Shown here: positions 28,703 through 36,917 of the stretch, in pieces
How the letters are laid out: each line of letters begins with the position of its first letter
Position numbering within the stretch: position 1 is the stretch's first letter
Assembly (NCBI GenBank): GCA_050728975.1
Contig: JBOHKJ010000288.1
Location: 1-58,898 of the forward strand
DNA length: 58,898 nucleotides
From: Kiloniellales bacterium
GTDB taxonomy: Bacteria; Pseudomonadota; Alphaproteobacteria; Kiloniellales; JBOHKJ01
Direction: 5' to 3'
Made by a program: the position numbers and the translations under genes
Notes under the pieces: model-generated
The model's database searches: none
What the model saw: the letters and a program-made list of their open reading frames with translations, nothing else
What the model was told of the DNA's origin: nothing

Positions 28703-29473
28703 ATGCAGGGCGACAGCAAACGTGTCATCCTCGAGGTGGACGATCTCAAAGTCCGCTACGCTTCAGGCGGCCCAGAGATCTTGAAGGGGATCTCCTTTGC
28801 GGTAGGCGCGCAGGACTTTGCGGCGATCATCGGCCCCAGCGGGGCTGGCAAATCGACCTTGATCCGCTGCATCAACCGGCTTGTGGAGCCGACCTCCGGT
28901 CGAATCTATCTCTATGGCCAGGAGGTCACCAAGCTCTCGCAGCGCGGGCTCAGGCAGATACGGCGCAACATCGGCATGATCTTCCAGGAATTCAATCTCG
29001 TGAACCGGATGTCGGTCATCGACAACGTGCTTTCCGGGCGGCTCGGCTACGTGGGCAACATGCGAAGCCTGCTCCGTCTGTTCCCGCGCGAGGATATCTC
29101 TCGGGCCCTCGCGCTTCTCGATCGCGTTGGCTTGATCGATCACGTGGATAAGCGCGCCGATGAGCTGAGCGGTGGCCAAAGGCAGCGTGTCGGCATTGCG
29201 CGAGCACTTATGCAGGACCCGAAGCTACTCCTCGTGGACGAACCGACGTCCAGTCTCGATCCGAAAATATCACGGGAGGTCATGGGGCTGATCAAGGAGG
29301 TCGCGACCGAGTTCGAGGTTCCAGTCTTGTGCAATATACATGACGTCCAATTGGCTATGGACTTCTGCAACAAGATAATCGGACTCCAAGACGGCGTGAA
29401 GATGTTCGACGGCCCAACGGCTCAAATGAACCGCCGGAGACTCGACGAAATCTACGCCATGGAAGTCCTCTGA
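28703..29473 (+). CDS. phnC: Phosphonate ABC transporter ATP-binding protein
   Basis: Internal ATG 28703 preceded by GAGGGA. Walker A GPSGAGKST, signature LSGGQRQR, Walker B LLLVDEPTSSLD. PhnC-like NVLSGRLGY block. Confidence 0.9.
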   Translation: MQGDSKRVILEVDDLKVRYASGGPEILKGISFAVGAQDFAAIIGPSGAGKSTLIRCINRLVEPTSGRIYLYGQEVTKLSQRGLRQIRRNIGMIFQEFNLVNRMSVIDNVLSGRLGYVGNMRSLLRLFPREDISRALALLDRVGLIDHVDKRADELSGGQRQRVGIARALMQDPKLLLVDEPTSSLDPKISREVMGLIKEVATEFEVPVLCNIHDVQLAMDFCNKIIGLQDGVKMFDGPTAQMNRRRLDEIYAMEVL

Positions 29474-29493
29474 GCGTCGCGGGCGGAGAGACG

Positions 29494-30318
29494 ATGTCCG
29501 GAACTATGGCTAGCCATTCCATCACAGTCGACGGCGTGATCGCCGATCGCAAACGGGGCGGAATGTTCCGGGCAGCGCTCTTGGCTGGCCTCCTGATTCT
29601 GGTTGCCTGGAGTGTCGAGGCGACGATCATCGAGGATACCGACTGGTACCGTCTCGGCTCCTTTGCAGACGTGATGCGCGCGGTGGGCCGCTTTGTCGGT
29701 ATCGACTGGTCATTGGTCCCGCACCTGTTCCGGCCGATGGTGGAGACGTTTATGATGGCCTGCCTCGGCACCTTGCTCGGCTGCGTCATCTCCTTGCCGG
29801 TAGCTTGGTTCGGCGCCATCAACGTGACGCCGAGCAAGTTCATCGTGTATCCGCTCGGGCGTTTCCTCATGACGCTTAGCCGCTCGACCCACGAGATCGT
29901 CTGGGCCCTGATCTTTGTCTCGGCCGTGGGTCTCGGATCGCTGCCCGGGATCCTGGCATTGGCCTGCCGCTCGGTGGGTTTTATTTCGAAGATATCGGCC
30001 GAGGCCATCGAAAATATCGACCGCAAACCGGTCGAGGCGATCCGGTCGGTCGGCGGCAGTAACTTCCAGGTCATGTACTACGGCATAGTTCCGCAAGTGC
30101 TGCCGGTCGTCCTGGGAACCATAGTATTCGAATGGGACATCAACATTCGACGCTCGGCGATCATGGGGCTGGTCGGTGCGGGCGGCCTGGGGCTGACGTT
30201 CCATCGTCAGATGGTGATGTACAACTACCCGGGCGTCACCACGGTCATCCTCGCCATCCTGGCGCTCATCGTGATTGGCGAGATCTTCTCGCACCGCGCC
30301 CGGAAAGCGGTGATTTAG
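29494..30318 (+). CDS. phnE: Phosphonate ABC transporter permease
   Basis: PhnE-type permease with the blocks ETFMMACLGTLLG and EAIENIDRKPVEAIRSVGGS. Confidence 0.85.
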   Translation: MSGTMASHSITVDGVIADRKRGGMFRAALLAGLLILVAWSVEATIIEDTDWYRLGSFADVMRAVGRFVGIDWSLVPHLFRPMVETFMMACLGTLLGCVISLPVAWFGAINVTPSKFIVYPLGRFLMTLSRSTHEIVWALIFVSAVGLGSLPGILALACRSVGFISKISAEAIENIDRKPVEAIRSVGGSNFQVMYYGIVPQVLPVVLGTIVFEWDINIRRSAIMGLVGAGGLGLTFHRQMVMYNYPGVTTVILAILALIVIGEIFSHRARKAVI

Positions 30319-30322
30319 CCCG

Positions 30323-31195
30323 ATGCAGCCGTTGCGCGACATGCGATCGATGAAGGCGGCTCCGCCCCCGGACCGGGCGAGAGACAAATGGCCGCCTCTC
30401 AGCTGGAGCCGATTCAAGTACCCGGAGTCGCTTATCCGCTTCGCAGTGCTGCTCGGTATCCTGGTCTTCCTCGGCTATTCGCTGGTCTTCCTGGACGTCC
30501 GCATCGAACGGCTGGCATTCCTCTTCTCCCGCCTCGGCGCTCTGCTGGCCGATCGCTACTATCCACCAGACCTGGAATTGCTGACCGACAGCGGTTATCT
30601 CGAATCCGTCGTCGAAACCGTTCAGATGGCCTATCTCGGCGCGCTCTTCGGGCTACTGCTGTCGGTTCCGCTTGCTTGGTTCGCTTCGTTCAACGTGACG
30701 CCTCACAAGCTCCTCTACCCGGTCGGACGGCTGTCGATCATGGGGTGCCGCGCCGTACACGAGATGATCTGGACGATCCTTTTCGTCTCCATTCTCGGCT
30801 TTGGCATGCTTCCCGGGGTGTTGGCGCTCACGCTGTTCTGTGTCGGCTTCGCCGGTAAGTTGTTCGCCGAGGAGGTCGAATCCGTCGACAGAGGACCTGT
30901 CGATGCGATTCGTGCAACCGGCGCGAGGCCCCTGCAGGTTTTCGTTTTTGCGGTCCTGCCTCAGGTGCGCGTCGCCTGGGCCGGGATCGCGATCTATACC
31001 TGGGACGTTGCTTTCCGGGCTGCAACCGTTGTGGGTTTCTTCGGCGCCGGGGGCATGGGCTGGTATCTCCAACGCTACGTCCAGCAGCTTGAAAGCCAAA
31101 GGGTCGCGGCGATTCTGATCTCCATCGTCGCACTGGTCGTAGTCGCCGAAGTTCTCTCGGCTTGGGCCCGTGCCGCGGTGAATCGAATGAAGTGA
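30323..31195 (+). CDS. phnE: Phosphonate ABC transporter permease (second copy)
   Basis: Paralogous layout: ETVQMAYLGALFG and EEVESVDRGPVDAIRATGAR. Confidence 0.85.
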   Translation: MQPLRDMRSMKAAPPPDRARDKWPPLSWSRFKYPESLIRFAVLLGILVFLGYSLVFLDVRIERLAFLFSRLGALLADRYYPPDLELLTDSGYLESVVETVQMAYLGALFGLLLSVPLAWFASFNVTPHKLLYPVGRLSIMGCRAVHEMIWTILFVSILGFGMLPGVLALTLFCVGFAGKLFAEEVESVDRGPVDAIRATGARPLQVFVFAVLPQVRVAWAGIAIYTWDVAFRAATVVGFFGAGGMGWYLQRYVQQLESQRVAAILISIVALVVVAEVLSAWARAAVNRMK

Positions 31196-31382
31196 CCGTG
31201 GCGCTGTCGGTTCGGCTGCATGTCATGCAGTCTCGAGCACAACGCAGCGCACAAGTTAGCTAAGACCGAAGGCCTATCCAGGCCGGGTAAGGGACTAGGG
31301 CAGGGCGCCCCTTGTTTTCTACTAGCTGGAGACCTCTTAAACTGGACAGGAACCTTTCCCGTTCTCGCGCATCGGAGGGAGC

Positions 31383-32117
31383 ATGGCTTTGCCGGATAGC
31401 TCGGTCCTTGATCCGAATCTGGAATCCCGCTCGCGGAATGGCGATGGCTTGACCGATGAAGACTTGGTTCGCCGCCTGCGGGGCGGAGATGCGGTCGCTT
31501 TCGAGCTCGTCATCCGACGCTACAACCGCCGCCTCTATCGCCTAGCGAGGGGAATTCTGAGGAACGGCCCGGATGCCGAGGACGCGGTGCAGGAAGCCTA
31601 TGTGCGCGCCTTTACCCATATTGCCGAATTTACCGGGCCTTCCGGTTTTGCAAGCTGGTTGTGCAGGATCGCCGTCAACGAGTCGCGCGGCAGGTTGCGG
31701 CGGCGCAGGCGGGTCGCCTCCTTCGACGACCACCCGGATCGAAGGCAAGGCAGCGGCGACATTCCACGGCTCGATGCCGTGAGAGGCGAGGAATTCAGCC
31801 CCGAGCGGCAGGCGACAAGCAGCGAGCTTCGAATACTGCTTGAGAAAGCGATCGACTCCTTGCCGGAAGAATTCCGTATCGTGTTCATCATGCGGGCCAT
31901 AGAAGGCATGAGCGTCGCCGAAACCGCGGAAGCTCTCGAGTTGCAGCAAGCTGCGGTCAAGACCAGATTCCACCGCGCCCGCCGACAACTACGGCACGCG
32001 CTGGGCGAAAGGATCGACGCGCTCTTGCCATCAACCTTCGAGTTTGGCGGCGCGCGCTGCGACAAGATGACCGAGCGCGTGCTGGCTCGCCGCCAATTTA
32101 TCGCCAGGAACGCCTAG
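31383..32117 (+). CDS. ECF-type RNA polymerase sigma-70 factor with a C-terminal tail
   Basis: Region 2 (FELVIRRYNRRLYRLARGIL...AEDAVQEAYVRAF) and region 4 (MSVAETAEALELQQAAVKTRFHRARRQLR), then about 35 extra residues. Confidence 0.9.
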   Translation: MALPDSSVLDPNLESRSRNGDGLTDEDLVRRLRGGDAVAFELVIRRYNRRLYRLARGILRNGPDAEDAVQEAYVRAFTHIAEFTGPSGFASWLCRIAVNESRGRLRRRRRVASFDDHPDRRQGSGDIPRLDAVRGEEFSPERQATSSELRILLEKAIDSLPEEFRIVFIMRAIEGMSVAETAEALELQQAAVKTRFHRARRQLRHALGERIDALLPSTFEFGGARCDKMTERVLARRQFIARNA

Positions 32118-32360
32118 ACCACCCGACCTGCAGCCGGCGAGAGCGATCGCTCAGGCGCTCCGTTCGGAGCGACGTCGTGCCGTTCACGTTGCCTGCGGCG
32201 TCTTTTCAGCTCTAACGCTCGATTTGGCGACCTGCAACAGGCCTCCGGGCATGCAGTAGAATGCACAGCCGCGCAATGTGACAACCGCCTCTCGGTTTAT
32301 GCGCCTGCCAATTGCACCGGGGTAGGATAGCTATGCGTGCGGAGTCCGGTCAGGCCGGCT

Positions 32361-33044
32361 TCATCCGGAGCTCGTCGTTGTCGCGGGCTCCGCCGACCGA
32401 ATTACCCCGCCGCTCGAGCCGCTGCCATACTCCACCGTGGTGACCGTCAACTCGTCGTTCGCGGGTCCCGCCGTCGCAGTCACCTCGACCTGGTTCCAAT
32501 AGAGCGGATAGCGCTCGGCCCAGCGCTTTCTGTCGTCGACAGAGTAGGGGCGCATGCCGAAATCCGTGGGGCGCAGGCTGACGAAGATCAGATTGGTCTG
32601 GCCAACCTCCAGCGGGCCGAATTTGATCGTCGCGTTGCGCCTGCCGGACCCACCGTTCGTGAGCTGCGGCGGATCGTAGGGCGAGATCTCGAAGGTCTCG
32701 CCGCTCGAGCTGCTGACGAAGATATCCTGGATGATGGCCACCGTCGAAATCCTGGCAACCACTTGGTCGACATCGCTGGTGCCCTCGCTGGTGAGGCGCA
32801 GCGTCATCCAGAGCTGATCTTCGAGATCGCTGTCTTGTGCATTGTTTTTGGCGGCTTTCCATACTTTTCGAAGGTCGGCCGGAACGCCGGGCACCAGCGA
32901 TGCCCGGACCAGCGGCCGGTCGAGCCGCTGCTCTTGAGCTGTCACGGTCTCCTCTAGGCTGCCGAGCCAGCCATGGTGCAATGCGGCGGCACCCGCCAGC
33001 GCGACGACGAAAATCCAAAGCGCGATTCGCTCAATTCCATGCAT
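32361..33044 (-). CDS. Hypothetical N-terminally anchored or secreted protein
   Basis: 227 aa. N-terminal helix IALWIFVVALAGAAAL. Balanced amino-acid composition, unlike the overlapping Arg-rich frame 32350..33018. Lies downstream of the pentapeptide gene on the same strand. Confidence 0.6.
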   Translation of the reverse strand: MHGIERIALWIFVVALAGAAALHHGWLGSLEETVTAQEQRLDRPLVRASLVPGVPADLRKVWKAAKNNAQDSDLEDQLWMTLRLTSEGTSDVDQVVARISTVAIIQDIFVSSSSGETFEISPYDPPQLTNGGSGRRNATIKFGPLEVGQTNLIFVSLRPTDFGMRPYSVDDRKRWAERYPLYWNQVEVTATAGPANDELTVTTVEYGSGSSGGVIRSAEPATTTSSG

Positions 33045-33231
33045 TCATCAAAACTCCCTCATCAAATCGCCGATTGGCTCGCCGCGCTGCGCAGTCCCCG
33101 ATCTTAGGGGCAGCCCGGTCAACGGGAGCCTAACGATGAGGTGGTTTCTCGCAACGAAATGTGTCGACATCCGGGCGCTGGCGCCGATTCTCCTTTGCTG
33201 ACCGATAGAATCGGCCAGCGATCTCAGGGCT

Positions 33232-33915
33232 CTACGAGCCACCTTCCGCGTCGCGCGCGGCCTTGGCGCCGCCTGGAGCCGTGGAGTCCTCGGTGCAGGT
33301 CCCGATCGAGCCGTCGCCGCAGGTCCGGCCGTCGATCCAGATGGCACCTTCGAGATCTGCGCCCGGCACCCATTCCGACCCGGAAAAGTCAGTTCCGACA
33401 ACGGTCGCGCCGGTCAAGTTAGCGTCGTTCAGGCGCGCGGCCTGGAGTCGGGCGCCGCTGAGATTGGCCCGGCGCAGATCGGCGTCCTGGAGGTTGGCGC
33501 CGACCAGATTCGCTTCGGAAAGATCGGCCCCGGCCAGGTCGGCGCCACGCAGCCAAGCCTTCTCCAAGTCCGCACCGGACAGATCCGCATCCTTTAGGTG
33601 GGCTCCATTGAGCGAGGCGCCGCGCAGGTCGGCATTCGATAAGCTGGCGCCCTGCAACCTGGCGCCGCGCAGATTGGCGTCCGACAGGTCGGCGCTCGAC
33701 AGATCGACCCCGGTCAGGGTTGCGTCGGACAGATTAATGGAGGACAGCGGCCTGCCGGAGAGACTGGCGCCGGTCAGGTCCGCGCCGGAACAGTTGGCAA
33801 AAGCCCTTGGCTCGCAAGCCGCCCTGGCGCCGTTCGCTCCCCATCCGATCAACAGGAGATAGATCGCCAATGCCGCCAAGGGTAGGTGTCTGCCATCCGC
33901 TCCGGTCACTGGCAT
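33232..33915 (-). CDS. Secreted pentapeptide-repeat protein
   Basis: Signal peptide (LAALAIYLLLIGWGANGARA), then about 30 A(D/N)LxG-type pentapeptides (ADLTGASLSG...ANLRGARLQGASLSNADLRGASLNGAHLKDADLSGADL...) and a Cys-containing tail. Confidence 0.85.
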   Translation of the reverse strand: MPVTGADGRHLPLAALAIYLLLIGWGANGARAACEPRAFANCSGADLTGASLSGRPLSSINLSDATLTGVDLSSADLSDANLRGARLQGASLSNADLRGASLNGAHLKDADLSGADLEKAWLRGADLAGADLSEANLVGANLQDADLRRANLSGARLQAARLNDANLTGATVVGTDFSGSEWVPGADLEGAIWIDGRTCGDGSIGTCTEDSTAPGGAKAARDAEGGS

Positions 33916-34323
33916 AAAGACTCCTGCTCGCTTCTCGTCCGGCCGACAATGCGCCGCCGGAGGATCGAAATAATATGCGCCTTAGCGCGCTCCAGCGGCG
34001 TCATACCTGATTGCCGCATCTCGTGAGTTAGGTTGATCGGCTCGATTGGGCCACCTGTTCAAGCAAGGGGTAGCTCGATTGAATCTATTCAAGCATCTCC
34101 GGATTGCCACCCCTAACTCGACCGGCCAGCCGCGCTGATTGCGACTTTCCAGTGAACAGGGGGTCCCGAAAGGCGCGGCTATAGCCAATTGGACGTCGGC
34201 GGCCAAAGTCGACCGATACTGAAAGTGCACGGACAGGAATAGATCGAGGGGTTATGCTTGGCCGGCAGGGGTAAGTCGGCAGCCGATAGCGACGCTTCTT
34301 TAGGAGGTGTCTCGTCATGAAGG

Positions 34324-34539
34324 GTGCAGCTGGATTTCTCTCGTGCTTCTGCGGTGCGGCAATCTGGTGGGACCGGAATCGGGAACGCTTGCGCGCCACG
34401 CAGTGGCGTCACTGTCGTCGGCGGGATGCTGGCTGCCACCGTGATCGGACTCTTTGTTATCCCGACGCTGTTCGTGGCGATACGGCGAATTGCCGAATGG
34501 GGTGCTCGCAAGCCCGCGAGCGAGAAGCCGGCTGAGTAG
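34324..34539 (+). pseudogene. Relic of the 3' end of an RND (AcrB-type) efflux permease gene
   Basis: [36 protein letters not shown] parallels the AcrB C-terminus [30 protein letters not shown]. About 1000 codons of upstream coding sequence are absent. Confidence 0.6.
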
Positions 34540-34546
34540 CGCGCCT

Positions 34547-36376
34547 ATGCCCCAGGCAAGGCCGAGCAGTTGGCTCGATCGTCCGGTCGACGAAGCGTTC
34601 GACCATGTCCTCGGCGCGCCTGACGCGCCAATCACCCTTGTCGAATACGGCAGCTATGCCTGCCCGCATTGCCGGGCTGCCAATGAGCGCATTGCCGAGG
34701 TCCGCGACCAGTTGGGCGATCGCCTGCGCTACGCATTCCGGCATCGCCCGGTCCCCGGGAGCGACGTCGCTCGTCGCGCCGCCGAATTGGTGGAGCGCAC
34801 CGGCGATCCCGAGCACTTCTGGAAGGCGCATGTCGAATTGATGACGCGCTCGGAAACGCTGACCGAAGACGACTTGCGTGCCGTGGCCGGCGATTTGGCC
34901 CTGGCGCGGGAAAGCTTCGATGCCACCGAAGATGCCGGCAGACGCGCGCAGGCGCGGGTCGATGTCGACGTGAACAGCGCTAGCGCCAGCGGGGTGCTGA
35001 TCACGCCGACCTTCTTCATCAATGGCCGCCGCTACGACGGTCCGTGGGACGAAGTGTCGTTTTCCGACGCGATGCTCGGCACGCTGGGCCATCGCGTGCG
35101 TTCGGCGGCGCTCGACTTCGCAAGATGGGGACCGTCGGCCGGCGCGCTGCTTCTGGCCGCCACGCTCCTGGCGGTCGTGCTGACCAACACGTCGCTGGGT
35201 CCCGAATTCGAGGCAATCTGGCAGCAGAATTTCGGCTTCACACTCGGCGACGCCAGTTTCCGCCTGTCGTTGCTGCAATGGATCAACGACGGTCTGCTGA
35301 CGATCTTCTTCCTGGTTGTGGGGTTGGAGATCAAGCGTGAATTTACCGTCGGTCATCTGGCCAGCCGGCGTTCCGCGGCTCTGCCGATCGCCGGAGCCAT
35401 CGGCGGCATGGTCGTACCGGCGGCCTTGTACATACTGGTGATTCCACAAGGGCCCTGGTCGCATGGCTGGGGCATACCGATCGCGACAGATACCGCCTTC
35501 GCGGTCGCGCTGATCGTGACGATGGGTCGGCGGGTGCCGATCGAGCTGCGTATCTTTCTGACCGCCGCCGCTATCGTCGACGACATCGGCGCAATTCTGT
35601 TGGTGGCGGTCTTATATTCGGCCGACCAGCAGATCGGATACCTCGCCGTAGCCGCTGCGATAGTTGGCGGGTTGGCGCTGCTCAATCGGGCCCGTATCTA
35701 TCGCCTGTTTCCGTACATGCTGTTGGGTATCGCGCTTTGGGCTTGCATACAGGCAGGCGGTCTGCACGCCACCTTGACCGGCGTGCTCCTGGCGCTGTTT
35801 ATCCCGACACGACCGCCACCGAATCTGAATGGCTTGATGGCGCAGGCGAATGCAATTATGGCGGCTGACGCGCGGCAGGGCGGCGAGGTACTTCGGCATG
35901 GCCCTTCGCTGCCGGTGCTGCACGCGCTCGACGCAATCCACGACCGGCTGGAATCGCCGGCGGCCCGCCTCTTGAGGCACGCCGGCTCGCGGTCGAGCTA
36001 TCTGGTGTTGCCGCTCTTCGCCTTGGCCAATGCTGGGGTCGCCCTGACGGTGGCGGTCGTGAGCGGCCACCAGCAATTGATGCTCGCGATCGTTGTTGGT
36101 CTGGCGATCGGCAAGCCGCTCGGCATGGTGTCGGTTTCTGCGTTGACGGTCTGGCTGGGTATTGCCGTCAAGCCAGAGGAGTACTCCTGGCGCCAGCTGG
36201 CAGGCGCCGGTACCCTGGCCGGCATTGGCTTCACCATGTCATTGTTCATTGCCGGCCAGGCCTTTCCGGTGGCAGCCGACTTTGCAGCCGCCAAAATTGC
36301 CGTGTTCGTCGCCTCGGTGCTCTCCGCAGTCGTCGGCGTGACGCTGCTATGGGGCGCCGGGCGCGATTCGCGCTAG
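34547..36376 (+). CDS. nhaA: Na+/H+ antiporter NhaA with an N-terminal DsbA-like thioredoxin-fold domain
   Basis: ATG 34547. N-terminal domain [17 protein letters not shown]...[17 protein letters not shown] (CxxC). NhaA core follows: [42 protein letters not shown]. Confidence 0.85.
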   Translation: MPQARPSSWLDRPVDEAFDHVLGAPDAPITLVEYGSYACPHCRAANERIAEVRDQLGDRLRYAFRHRPVPGSDVARRAAELVERTGDPEHFWKAHVELMTRSETLTEDDLRAVAGDLALARESFDATEDAGRRAQARVDVDVNSASASGVLITPTFFINGRRYDGPWDEVSFSDAMLGTLGHRVRSAALDFARWGPSAGALLLAATLLAVVLTNTSLGPEFEAIWQQNFGFTLGDASFRLSLLQWINDGLLTIFFLVVGLEIKREFTVGHLASRRSAALPIAGAIGGMVVPAALYILVIPQGPWSHGWGIPIATDTAFAVALIVTMGRRVPIELRIFLTAAAIVDDIGAILLVAVLYSADQQIGYLAVAAAIVGGLALLNRARIYRLFPYMLLGIALWACIQAGGLHATLTGVLLALFIPTRPPPNLNGLMAQANAIMAADARQGGEVLRHGPSLPVLHALDAIHDRLESPAARLLRHAGSRSSYLVLPLFALANAGVALTVAVVSGHQQLMLAIVVGLAIGKPLGMVSVSALTVWLGIAVKPEEYSWRQLAGAGTLAGIGFTMSLFIAGQAFPVAADFAAAKIAVFVASVLSAVVGVTLLWGAGRDSR

Positions 36377-36462
36377 AGAAGAGTCTGCCGCCAATGATCC
36401 GCCGATGACGGGTTGCGCAAGCCGCAGCAGCCTAACCGTTTGCGGGAGGCTTCCTCGACGGT

Positions 36463-36576
36463 CTAGAGACCGAGCAGAAGCAAAGGGAGAAAGAAGATCA
36501 CGGCCAGAATGCACCAGGCCGCGATTACGTCACGCAGCGAGACGTTTGCTTCGCGCTCGAGTTTGTCGCTGACCAC
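36463..36576 (-). CDS. Possible 37-aa tail-anchored membrane peptide
   Basis: GTG start preceded by AGAGGA. (M)VSDKLEREANVSLRDVIAAWCILAVIFFLPLLLLGL. Below the ORF-track length cutoff. Confidence 0.3.
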   Translation of the reverse strand: MVSDKLEREANVSLRDVIAAWCILAVIFFLPLLLLGL

Positions 36577-36684
36577 GGGGTAGTCCTCTATTTTGCCTGA
36601 CGACTTCAATTTGTCCGTCCTGAGTTGGAATAGGTTCCGTTGGAACGGATTGCCGGTGATGCTGAGCCTTTCAGCGGCGAGTGA

Positions 36685-36702
36685 CTGTGGGATTTGGCAC
36701 AG
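36685..36702. promoter_or_regulatory. CRP/Clr-like palindrome CTGTG-N8-CACAG
   Basis: CTGTGGGATTTGGCACAG has perfect 5-bp arms with CRP-type spacing (TGTG-N8-CACA). It lies about 215 bp upstream of the cyclase gene start. Confidence 0.3.
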
Positions 36703-36781
36703 CTCGGCAGACCGTGATCGGGCCTTTCAGGCAGTGCGGCAAGTGGGACATGCGCTGGCGCCGGAGGCGCCCTAACTGGTT

Positions 36782-36812
36782 GCAAAAAAATACGGTTTCA
36801 GGAATTTTTTGC
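36782..36812. repeat. AT-rich inverted repeat GCAAAAAA-N15-TTTTTTGC
   Basis: 8-bp perfect arms at 36782-36789 and 36805-36812, in the cyclase upstream region. Confidence 0.8.
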
Positions 36813-36917
36813 GATTCCGAGGTCGCGCGTTTGCCTGTAGAATGACCCAGGTCGTGAGGATCGACCTTTGCGGCCCCCCTCCCGCAAGGCGCCGGTGCAG
36901 CGGCGCGGACTAAGGGG

